Assembly (NCBI GenBank): GCA_030141605.1
Contig: JAQGDQ010002429.1
Location: forward strand, 1-44,328
Direction: 5' to 3'
Length of the DNA: 44,328 nt
DNA from: Tubiluchus corallicola
Lineage: Eukaryota > Animalia > Priapulida
The notes under the pieces were generated by a model. It saw only the letters and a program-made list of their open reading frames with translations. It made no database searches and had not been told where the DNA came from. The translations under genes were made by a program, and so were the position numbers. This document shows, in pieces, positions 1-8,305 of the stretch. How positions within the stretch are numbered: position 1 is the first letter of the stretch; each line of letters starts with the position of its first letter.

Positions 1-2
1 AT

Positions 3-878
3 AGTAACGCCGGTATCTTTGGACTCTCTATCGCCGCGACAACAATGCTCGCACTTGCCGGCATCATCGTCGCGCTAGACGCCTACGGCCCCGTCACTGA
101 TAACGCAGGAGGAATCGCCGAAATGGCCGGACTGCCAGATGATGTCCGAAAAGTAACAGATGCCCTAGATGCCGTCGGCAACACGACAAAAGCCGTCACA
201 AAAGGATACGCCATCGGCTCCGCCGGCCTGGCCGCTCTTGTGCTTTTCGCCGCCTATACACAGGACTTAACATACTATTTCCCTAATTTGACCGTTTCCT
301 TTGAACTTCAGGATCCTTACGTCATGGTCGGCCTGTTTATCGGTGGACTCCTGCCTTACCTCTTTGCCGCTATGGGCATGAAAGCCGTCGGAAAAGCCGG
401 TATCTCCGTGGTTAAAGAAGTCCGCCGGCAGTTCAAGGAAATCCCAGGAATTATGGAAGGGGAAACAAAACCTGAATATGGAACTTGTGTCGATATTCTA
501 ACAAAAACAGCCATTAAACAAATGATTCTGCCATCATTACTTCCTGTGCTTTCCCCTGTTGTCATCTACGTTATCATCAATATTATTGGCGGTCAGGAAG
601 CTGCTTTTTCCGCTCTTGGCGCTATGCTGCTGGGAACAATCGTAACGGGACTCTTTGTCGCTATCTCCATGACATCCGGCGGAGGCGCATGGGATAACGC
701 TAAAAAATATATTGAAGACGGAAATCTTGGCGGAAAAGGATCGGATGCCCATAAAGCCGCCGTTACCGGTGACACTATTGGCGACCCTTATAAAGATACA
801 GCCGGACCCGCCATTAACCCAATGATTAAAATTATCAATATTGTCGCCATTCTGCTGCTGGCAATACTCGCTGGGTAA
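3..878 (+). CDS. hppA: Membrane-bound H+-translocating pyrophosphatase, K+-independent type (5'-truncated by window edge)
   Basis: Motifs [27 protein letters not shown] (Lys at the K+-independence position), GGAWDNAKK and [14 protein letters not shown]. The frame is open from base 3. Confidence 0.96.
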   Translation, partial: SNAGIFGLSIAATTMLALAGIIVALDAYGPVTDNAGGIAEMAGLPDDVRKVTDALDAVGNTTKAVTKGYAIGSAGLAALVLFAAYTQDLTYYFPNLTVSFELQDPYVMVGLFIGGLLPYLFAAMGMKAVGKAGISVVKEVRRQFKEIPGIMEGETKPEYGTCVDILTKTAIKQMILPSLLPVLSPVVIYVIINIIGGQEAAFSALGAMLLGTIVTGLFVAISMTSGGGAWDNAKKYIEDGNLGGKGSDAHKAAVTGDTIGDPYKDTAGPAINPMIKIINIVAILLLAILAG

Positions 879-908
879 AACAAAAGCATGGTTTGTTATT
901 GACTTTTC

Positions 909-942
909 AAAATAAGGCCTTGTTTTCAAGGCCTTATTTTTT
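909..942 (+). terminator. Rho-independent terminator after hppA
   Basis: AAAATAAGGCCTTG-tttt-CAAGGCCTTATTTT perfect 14-bp inverted repeat ending in a T run. Confidence 0.85.
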
Positions 943-1094
943 ATTGTCCCCTTTAGTCTCAATTTCGCCAAGCAAAAAGTAAATCTTTTTTTTGATTTTT
1001 TTATTTAAATTATGGTATAAAATATATCTCATTTAAAATTTATTTAAATAGTACAACAACAAATGGTAACCTAACCTCATTTAGGGAGTTTTTT

Positions 1095-1886
1095 ATGAAA
1101 CAGTATTTCACACTTCTCGCAGTACTTATGCTTTTTAGCTTATCTATTATTCCAGAAAGCATGGCTCGTACTTTGCGAGTAGGAACCGAAGGGGGCTACC
1201 CGCAGTGGAACTACACCCTTTCTTCCGGTGAGGTTGTTGGTTACGAGCTTGATCTTGCGAAAGCAATCGGCGAACATCTCGGTTGGGATGTGGAAATCGT
1301 CATACAGGATTGGGACGGTCTTGTTCCCGCTTTGCTAAACGGAAAATTCGACGTTATTATGGCAGGCATGTCCATTACTGAAGAGCGTAAAAAAGTCATC
1401 GACTTTACAGACGCTTACGGCACTATGCCCAGCATGTTCTTCGGAAGAGAATCAGTCTACGGTGATATTCAGTCCATGGAAGACGCGCGCAAAATCATGA
1501 ACAGAAAAGTTCTAGGCGCTCAGGTGTCAACAATCCATCTTAACTGGCTCCGGAAAGAATTCGGCAAAACGAATAAAATTCGCGGCTATAAAACATTCAA
1601 TGAGCTCGCTTTAGATATCGCCGCTGGCCGTGTGGACGCCGGTGTCTCAGAAGTCGGTCCTATTCATGACTTTTTCAAATCCGCAAGAGGAAAAAATCTC
1701 GTGACATTCGGTCCCAGACTCGATGGAAGCTTTGACCCTATCTTCGGAGAAGGTGTTGGCGGAGGCATGAGAAAAGAAGACACACTCTTAAAAGAAACCC
1801 TCAATACCGCTCTTTCTGAGCTCAGGGAAGAGGGCGTTCTCCGACGCTTATCAATCAAACATTTCGGATTCGATGTTTCTTTGTAA
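1095..1886 (+). CDS. Polar amino acid ABC transporter substrate-binding protein (HisJ/ArtJ-like)
   Basis: Signal peptide, LRVGTEGGYP and QDWDGLVPALLNGKFDVIMAGMSITEERKKVIDFT family-3 SBP signature. Confidence 0.92.
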   Translation: MKQYFTLLAVLMLFSLSIIPESMARTLRVGTEGGYPQWNYTLSSGEVVGYELDLAKAIGEHLGWDVEIVIQDWDGLVPALLNGKFDVIMAGMSITEERKKVIDFTDAYGTMPSMFFGRESVYGDIQSMEDARKIMNRKVLGAQVSTIHLNWLRKEFGKTNKIRGYKTFNELALDIAAGRVDAGVSEVGPIHDFFKSARGKNLVTFGPRLDGSFDPIFGEGVGGGMRKEDTLLKETLNTALSELREEGVLRRLSIKHFGFDVSL

Positions 1887-1922
1887 ACATATTATATTTT
1901 CATTTTTATAAACAAGTATAGT

Positions 1923-1954
1923 CGATATCTATATCCTCGCGATATCTATATCCT
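1923..1954. repeat. Tandem 15-bp direct repeat (CGATATCTATATCCT x2, 17-bp period)
   Basis: Copies at 1923-1937 and 1940-1954, between the SBP and first permease genes. Confidence 0.8.
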
Positions 1955-1976
1955 ATTTTAAATTAAGGAAAATCCC

Positions 1977-2774
1977 GTGTTTGATTTTTTTGGCTGGGAA
2001 GATAAGCTGCTCTTAGGTACGCTTATGACCTTCAAAGTTGCCCTGTTTGGCTGGATACTCGGCCTGGTTATCGGAATTATTATGGCAAGCCTTAAAGTGG
2101 AGTTCATAAAACGCTTCGCTAATAAGGCCGCTCCTCCCCCCAGAGGCTTCTTAAGGTATCGCTTTCTCTTTATCAGAACGCTCCTCACTGTCGGAGCTTT
2201 GCTGCCTTCCCTTTATACAACACTGATCAGAGGCTTGCCTGAGCTTCTTATTATCTATTTTCTCTTTTTTGGCGGATCCGGAATCGTCATGTACATAGCC
2301 TCTGTTTTTGGTCATACCGGCTATATCGAAATTAACGCCATGCTTACCGGTATTATCGCTATTGGCATTATCTCTGGCGCCTATTCGACAGAGGCCTTCA
2401 GAAGCGCTATTTTACAAGTGCCCAAAGGACAGATAGAAGCCGCCATCGCCTGCGGAATGTCCCAAAAAGCAATCTTCTTTAAAGTTAAATTTCCGCAAAT
2501 TCTTTCCCTGTCACTCCCTAGCCTAGGGAATATATGGCAGCTCACGCTTAAAGATACAGCGCTGATCTCCGTGACAGGACTCGCTGAACTCATGTTTTAC
2601 GCGAGAATAGCTTCCCAAGCGGAATATCAACCCTTTATATTTTATATCGCCGCCGCTTTTCTTTACCTCTGCATCACATTTCTTTCTGGTATTCTCTTTC
2701 AATCCGCTGAAAAAAAATTGAGCAGAAAAGAAAAAAAAGCCCCAAAAAACAAACGATTTAAATATAGCGTGTAA
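1977..2774 (+). CDS. Amino acid ABC transporter permease (HisQ-like)
   Basis: YTTLIRGLPELL, EAA loop GQIEAAIACGMS and LKDTALISV. Confidence 0.92.
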   Translation: MFDFFGWEDKLLLGTLMTFKVALFGWILGLVIGIIMASLKVEFIKRFANKAAPPPRGFLRYRFLFIRTLLTVGALLPSLYTTLIRGLPELLIIYFLFFGGSGIVMYIASVFGHTGYIEINAMLTGIIAIGIISGAYSTEAFRSAILQVPKGQIEAAIACGMSQKAIFFKVKFPQILSLSLPSLGNIWQLTLKDTALISVTGLAELMFYARIASQAEYQPFIFYIAAAFLYLCITFLSGILFQSAEKKLSRKEKKAPKNKRFKYSV

Positions 2775-2785
2775 AGGTAAATCTT

Positions 2786-3565
2786 ATGAATTGGCACTTT
2801 CTCTGGTCATCTTTTGTGCAGATGTTCTCCGCTCTGCCCGTGACATTGGCACTCGCTTCCTCTTCCCTGTTCTTTGGCGCCCTGCTTGCCTTCGCTGTCG
2901 CTTTAGTTCGTATCTCTGAAAAAAAACTATGCCAATGGCCTTTCTCTCATTCCTTCGCCGCCTCTCCATTACAGAATATTATTGGCTTCTTCACCTACGT
3001 CCTGAAACTAACCTTAGTCGCCATTGTGCGGCTTTACGTCTTCTGCTTCAGAGGAACCCCTCTTTTACTTCAGATTTATATGATGTACTACGGAATTGGT
3101 GAGTTTCTCAGCTATCAGGAATGGGTATGGGAAAGCCGCATCTGGCCTATTTTACGCGAGCCCTTCTGGTACGCCTCTTTCGCCCTCATGATGAATTCCG
3201 CCGCCTATAGCAGCGAAGTTATCCGAGGCGCCATACAGGCAATCCCTCCTGGGCAGATCGAAGCCGCGAAAAGCTGCGGAATGAAACGGAGAACCTGCTT
3301 TAAAACTATCATCATTCCACAAATGATCAGAATCGCCCTGCCAGCCTACAGTAACGAGGTCATTCTCATAATCAAAGCAACCTCGCTTGCCAGCACAGTT
3401 ACAATCCTTGAGGTCACAGGCGTTATGCTGGAAATCCGCTCGCAAACCTACGCGATCTATGAGCTTATCGTTTTAGCCGGCCTGATCTACCTGACTCTTA
3501 ACGCCCTCGCCGCACGGGGACTCTTTATTTGTGAGCGGCGTTTATCCCCCTGGAATTACCGCTAA
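2786..3565 (+). CDS. Amino acid ABC transporter permease (HisM-like)
   Basis: FRGTPLLLQ, GQIEAAKSCGM, ALPAYSNEVILIIKATSLAS. Confidence 0.92.
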   Translation: MNWHFLWSSFVQMFSALPVTLALASSSLFFGALLAFAVALVRISEKKLCQWPFSHSFAASPLQNIIGFFTYVLKLTLVAIVRLYVFCFRGTPLLLQIYMMYYGIGEFLSYQEWVWESRIWPILREPFWYASFALMMNSAAYSSEVIRGAIQAIPPGQIEAAKSCGMKRRTCFKTIIIPQMIRIALPAYSNEVILIIKATSLASTVTILEVTGVMLEIRSQTYAIYELIVLAGLIYLTLNALAARGLFICERRLSPWNYR

Positions 3566-3570
3566 AATAC

Positions 3571-3601
3571 AAAAGCCGCCATAAAATTATGGCGGCTTTT
3601 T
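3571..3601. terminator. Bidirectional intrinsic terminator between convergent genes
   Basis: AAAAGCCGCCATA-aaat-TATGGCGGCTTTT. Confidence 0.88.
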
Positions 3602-3624
3602 ATACATAACCCCAACCTAGATTT

Positions 3625-4104
3625 TTAGGCGACAATCTTCCATGTACCATCCACCTGGCGGCAGGCGACGCCATAAGCATCCTGCTTTTGACCACCAACC
3701 ACAATGGATTGCTGAAACTCACGGCAATATTTACCCGAGCTTTCCTGCCATGTCTTGGTAGGCACAACTTGACCCGTATGACCTGTATCCGGGTTTTTCC
3801 ATGAATAAGACTGTCCCGTTCTTCCTGTCTCCAAAGCATTGTGCGTTGTTTGTTGCATCATTAGCTTATCCGCATTATCTAAAGACTCACCAACACTAGA
3901 GCCCACCAAGGCGCCTAAAAGAGTCCCTGCCGCAACCGCCGCGATCTGCCCCTTTCCTTTACCAAACTGAGCCCCCGCCAAAGCACCTGCCGCAGCGCCA
4001 AGAACAGTTCCACCTTGCTGTTTAGCTCCCGCATTCCCCGTAGTTGATTGACATCCTCCAGCAACAATTCCAACAACCACTAACATCATAATGCTTAAAC
4101 GCAT
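3625..4104 (-). CDS. 17-kDa surface antigen-like outer membrane lipoprotein (glycine zipper, RT0821/Lpp0805 family)
   Basis: Lipobox-like AGGC, glycine zipper GTVLGAAAGALAGAQFGKGKG, WKNPDTG, and C-terminal CREFQQ...YGVACRQVDGTWKIV. Confidence 0.9.
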   Translation of the reverse strand: MRLSIMMLVVVGIVAGGCQSTTGNAGAKQQGGTVLGAAAGALAGAQFGKGKGQIAAVAAGTLLGALVGSSVGESLDNADKLMMQQTTHNALETGRTGQSYSWKNPDTGHTGQVVPTKTWQESSGKYCREFQQSIVVGGQKQDAYGVACRQVDGTWKIVA

Positions 4105-4316
4105 ATCGCTATTCTCCTAAAATAAAAATTACCAATAAATTATAGCCGCTTATCAAAAAATATAGCTTTAAAAATCTATAAAATCAATGTCTTTTCTTAA
4201 TGATAGAATTATAAAAAAAGAACTCAATTATTTTTAAACTTTCACTTTATACCCTATCTTGATAAAAACAACAACCATACGGTAATAAATATATACGTTT
4301 AACGCTCAAGGCTTAT

Positions 4317-4940
4317 TTAAGCCGTGACAGTATCAGAGTTTTGAAAATCCTCAATTTCTTTCCTCAAAGCGTCATAAGTCTCCACAGTGGACAAATGAGG
4401 ATAATCTCCTTTCACATTGTCCGGAGCCTGAAATAAAATACCCTTTTCCGCAAGAGACAACATGGAAATATCGTTATAGGAATCACCCGACGCAACCACT
4501 TTGAAATTCAATCCCTGAAACGCCGCGACAGCTTTTGTTTTATGATCGTCTAGACGGAAATGACACCTCTGTATGACCCCCTGCTCATCAACAGCAAGAC
4601 GATGGCAAAAAATAACAGGAGAGGAAAGCTGCTGTATCAACGGTGACGCAAGCTCCTCAAACGTATCCGATAAAATAACCACAGGCATCCGTTTTCGCAC
4701 TTCGCCCAAAAATTCAGCGGCGCCCTCTAAAGGGCTCATTTTGCTAATAATTCTTTGAATATCAAAGAGTGTTAAATTATTGTCTTTTAAAGCCGACAAA
4801 CGATGTTTCATCAATAATGTATAATCTGGAACATCCCGCGTTGTCATCAAGAACGCCTCAATACCAGTTTCCTTCGCAACACGCACCCACATCTCCGGAA
4901 TAAGAACACCTTCAAGATCAAGACAGAGTATTTGCATCAT
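4317..4940 (-). CDS. thrH: Bifunctional phosphoserine phosphatase/homoserine phosphotransferase (HAD)
   Basis: CLDLEGVLIPEMW, TTRDVPDY, ILSDTF, GDSYNDISML. Confidence 0.92.
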   Translation of the reverse strand: MMQILCLDLEGVLIPEMWVRVAKETGIEAFLMTTRDVPDYTLLMKHRLSALKDNNLTLFDIQRIISKMSPLEGAAEFLGEVRKRMPVVILSDTFEELASPLIQQLSSPVIFCHRLAVDEQGVIQRCHFRLDDHKTKAVAAFQGLNFKVVASGDSYNDISMLSLAEKGILFQAPDNVKGDYPHLSTVETYDALRKEIEDFQNSDTVTA

Positions 4941-5593
4941 CTTTCCTTTTCAATTTCTGTTTTAATGGTTTTAAAAATAGTGTAAAACATCTCTTCTGTC
5001 AAAATTCCTGTATTTGTATTATAACGAGAACAATGGTAACTGTTGACAAGAGAATAACCACGAGAAAGCCTGTGTAGATGCCCATGTTTAAAAGGAAAGC
5101 GGCTTTTCTTTTCCTTCAAGGCGCTGAGTGTCGCCTCATGAGCGAAATGCCCCAATGTTAAAATAACTCGCAAAGAATCCATTGAACATATTTCCGAAAA
5201 CAGAAACGTCCCGCATTGCTTCCGTTCGCCAGCTGTCGGCCTATTCTGAGGAGGAACACACCGTACCGCATTAACAATACGACATTCCTTCAGAGTCAAA
5301 CTGTCATCAACACGCCGATCATAAGTCCCATCGGTAAATCCAAAATTTTCCAGAGCTTTATATAAAAGATTCCCCGCATAATCCCCCGTAAAAGGACGAC
5401 CGGTGCAATTCGCGCCATGCAGCCCAGGCGCCAGACCAACAATCAAAAGAGACGCAGACAACGGACCAAAAGAAGGAACAGACCCATTAAAATAATCCGG
5501 AAATAAATGCTGATTTTCACCTCTGAAAGTAACAAGGCGAGGGCATAAAGCACACTCTCTCTCAACATAAACCCCTTCTTCAACGCTTTGCAT
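4937..5593 (-). CDS. Uracil-DNA glycosylase, family 5 (UdgB-like, Fe-S)
   Basis: CALCPRL, GLAPGLHGANCTGRPFTGDYAG, RCVPPQNRP, SYHCSRYNTNTG. Confidence 0.92.
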   Translation of the reverse strand: MQSVEEGVYVERECALCPRLVTFRGENQHLFPDYFNGSVPSFGPLSASLLIVGLAPGLHGANCTGRPFTGDYAGNLLYKALENFGFTDGTYDRRVDDSLTLKECRIVNAVRCVPPQNRPTAGERKQCGTFLFSEICSMDSLRVILTLGHFAHEATLSALKEKKSRFPFKHGHLHRLSRGYSLVNSYHCSRYNTNTGILTEEMFYTIFKTIKTEIEKER

Positions 5594-5716
5594 AACTCTT
5601 TAATTTCCCTTCACCATACATAAGAGTAAATTTTAAATATCCTACACGATCCCATAAACGATATCAACCATACAATCAAAAACAGCAGCATGCTAAGCAG
5701 GCCATCAAACTAACTT

Positions 5717-7852
5717 TTAATACTTTATACAATACATTACAGAAACATTCCTAGGACGCGTTTCATGACCATGATGCGTAAAGGATATTTGATAGCTGTT
5801 CTTATAATTCGTACCCAGATAAAAAGCCGCTGTAATAAAATCTGTCTCCTCTCCCGCTCCTGTCTTAAACTGAGAGACATATCCCCCACTCACTCCCGCG
5901 ATAATCTTTCCCGATACCTGCTTTAACGTGTTGACCTGCTCACTCTGGCGGCTACCCAAAGAACGAGACGGATCCACCCCTCGGCCATGATCCCACCCGC
6001 GCATAAACTCCCCTCGAAGATCAGGAAGATTAAAAGTACTACTTCCATCCCCGTTTCCATAGCGCTCGCCAATAATAGAAAAAAGATCCACGTAAATCGC
6101 TCTGGAAACAGCCGAACCATCACACTCAAGCCAGCCAACAGGAACATTGATTTCAGAAAACGCAATAATACTCCCAACTGGAAATCCCCCCCCGGAAGGT
6201 AAATTTTCCAGTATACTCATACAGTTATCAACCTCTTCATGAAGAGTATTGATGTCTTTATAAATATCATCCATATCTTCCTGAATGGTCGCTAACGTCT
6301 GATTGACTCCTCCCACATCCCCCTGAACCACCGCTAAAGCCTGATTAATTCCTCCCACATCCCCTTGAATTGCCGTTAAGGTTTGATGAATACTACTTAA
6401 ATCCTGCTGAATAGTCGTTACATTATTTTGAGTCCCCTGCAAAGACTGATCAAAAGTAACCATATCCTGCTGAACACTCGCCAAATCCCCGTCAAGAACA
6501 TTAATATCCTGCTCAATACCTGCAAAATTCCCATTTAAATCCATAATTTCCTGATGAAGACTCTCTAAAGCCTCCTGAACATTCGCAACTCCCATATTGC
6601 TACTTTGATCATCATACACGATGTCCTTGGCCAACCCCGAGAAATTACCCGTCGCAAACTGTCTAGCCTGCTCCGCCCAATGATAAGCGGAATATCCCGC
6701 CCCTTCAATAAGCTCCCCCTCAGAAGCGCTCGCCCATTTCTTCGACAATTCCTTCCAGGAAAACGCGCCATCTTTATAGCCCAACGCCTCATCCTTATAA
6801 GATTTTGATTCATTCCTATAGAGAAAAGAAGTGTCTTTATAATCAGAAGCCTCTTGACTAAAAGATCGCGCCTTTATCACTTCATCTTCTGCCTGCAAAA
6901 ACGATTCTTTCGCTTTCTCTGACCAATGGAGCGACGAATATCCAACCCCCTCAACAAGACTATCCCAAGGCGCCTGCGACCATTGTCGCGACAACTCCTT
7001 CCAAGAGCGTGACTCCTCTTTATAACTTAAAGCCTTTTCAGTATTTTCGAGAGTATCTTCTGTATAGCCGATAATATCATTTTTATAAACAATAACCTCT
7101 TCTTTATGAGTGATAGTATCTTCTTTATAGGTAAACGCTTCATCTTTATATCCAACAACTTCATTTTTATACTTTAAAACCTCCGCTCTATCGCTGACTA
7201 CATCCTGCTTATATCCTTTGGCATCTTCACTAAAAGAGCGTGCTCGATCCGCTTCATTTTGAGACCGGTTCGCTTCATCCCGCGCTCTGTCCGCTTCGCT
7301 TTGCACCTTTGCAAAAAGCGTCTGCGCCTGTATAAAAATATCTTTGACCTGATCGGACTCTCTTTTAATTTCCTGCCAGATATACTCAAACATATATTCA
7401 CTATTTTCAAATCCATTCCCCAGCGCATTCCATATCAATATTTTCCCCGGCTCACCCACAGGCAAAAGACTCTCACACTGATCCCCCAATAAAGGTCGGT
7501 ATTGCAATGATCGAGATAAAGCCAGCTCATTCTGCTGCAAAACAGCATATATCCTATCTAGCTCATCATTAATAACACGGGAGCGAAAACTGCCGCCTTC
7601 TTGAAAAAAAGACGACCTCTCCGCAGCAACTTTCCGTATAAAAACAATAACAACAGGAGATAATAGACTACCCGGAGCCTCGTCAAAAACAACATTAACG
7701 CCATTTTTCTCCAAAAAAACACTGTATCCCGTCTCAATTTTCTTATCATCAATCCATATATCAACTTCTGATATATCAAAAATACGAAATGGACAGAAAA
7801 AATCTGTCGCCTCTCCCACAGCTCTATAACTAATCTGCAACTTCGACATCAC
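5717..7852 (-). CDS. Phage tail fibre: T7 gp17-like N-terminal anchor, long coiled coil, C-terminal tail-collar domain
   Basis: N-terminal FFCPFRIFDISEVDIWID...FQEGGSFRSRVINDELDR; C-terminal PVGSIIAF...VPVGWLECDGSAVSRAIYVDLFSIIGERYGNGDGSSTFNLPDLRGEFMRGWD...ETRPRNVSVMYCIKY. Confidence 0.9.
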   Translation of the reverse strand: MMSKLQISYRAVGEATDFFCPFRIFDISEVDIWIDDKKIETGYSVFLEKNGVNVVFDEAPGSLLSPVVIVFIRKVAAERSSFFQEGGSFRSRVINDELDRIYAVLQQNELALSRSLQYRPLLGDQCESLLPVGEPGKILIWNALGNGFENSEYMFEYIWQEIKRESDQVKDIFIQAQTLFAKVQSEADRARDEANRSQNEADRARSFSEDAKGYKQDVVSDRAEVLKYKNEVVGYKDEAFTYKEDTITHKEEVIVYKNDIIGYTEDTLENTEKALSYKEESRSWKELSRQWSQAPWDSLVEGVGYSSLHWSEKAKESFLQAEDEVIKARSFSQEASDYKDTSFLYRNESKSYKDEALGYKDGAFSWKELSKKWASASEGELIEGAGYSAYHWAEQARQFATGNFSGLAKDIVYDDQSSNMGVANVQEALESLHQEIMDLNGNFAGIEQDINVLDGDLASVQQDMVTFDQSLQGTQNNVTTIQQDLSSIHQTLTAIQGDVGGINQALAVVQGDVGGVNQTLATIQEDMDDIYKDINTLHEEVDNCMSILENLPSGGGFPVGSIIAFSEINVPVGWLECDGSAVSRAIYVDLFSIIGERYGNGDGSSTFNLPDLRGEFMRGWDHGRGVDPSRSLGSRQSEQVNTLKQVSGKIIAGVSGGYVSQFKTGAGEETDFITAAFYLGTNYKNSYQISFTHHGHETRPRNVSVMYCIKY
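6290..6390. repeat. 42-bp (14-aa) tandem coding repeats in the tail fibre
   Basis: CCTCCCACATCCCC recurs at a 42-bp spacing; protein IHQTLTAIQGDVGG-INQALAVVQGDVGG-VNQTLATIQEDMDD. Confidence 0.75.
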
Positions 7853-7876
7853 GCTTCCTCCCTAAAAAATACCCAC

Positions 7877-8266
7877 TTAAAAAAGAAAGTCTGACGTTAC
7901 AGAATAACCCTCTTTCAGCAAATTCCCCATTGATCTATCCCGATAGTATTTCGCTCTCCTGTCATAATAGTCAGCCGAGCTTTCTCCTTTGGCGCGAACT
8001 TCTAAAGCCGCCTCTTCATCACGCTTTTTCTTCTCCTCCATAACATCTAATACCGAACCGGAAATCTCCATATCCGACCCGCTGTAGGAAACTCTTTGAG
8101 AAGCCTGCTCTCTCCGCGCCTTTTTACGAAATGACAGCTCTTTCTGCCTGTTCTCCTGGCGAATTCTTTCCGCCTCTCTCTTCGCTGTTTTCTTCTGCTC
8201 CTTGCTTTGAGAATATCCCAAAACCGAGCTCGCAACTTTAATAATAGGTTTAATAATCCCACACAT
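7877..8266 (-). CDS. Small virion/internal (ejection-type) protein, putative
   Basis: Position after the nozzle gene; charged helical protein with QRVSYSGSDMEISGSVLDVM, resembling the 'QRA..AASG...SGS.LDV' motif of small podovirus internal proteins. Confidence 0.55.
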   Translation of the reverse strand: MCGIIKPIIKVASSVLGYSQSKEQKKTAKREAERIRQENRQKELSFRKKARREQASQRVSYSGSDMEISGSVLDVMEEKKKRDEEAALEVRAKGESSADYYDRRAKYYRDRSMGNLLKEGYSVTSDFLF

Positions 8267-8305
8267 ATTTCTTACCCTCTTAAATACCGTTTATAAAATA
8301 CCGCC

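Noticed and set aside
5594-5716. att site at the left edge of the module
   Set aside because: No direct repeat shared with 17948-18195 and no tRNA found by eye.
5594-7852. Diversity-generating retroelement as in BPP-1
   Set aside because: No reverse transcriptase and no template repeat of the fibre 3' end seen in the window.
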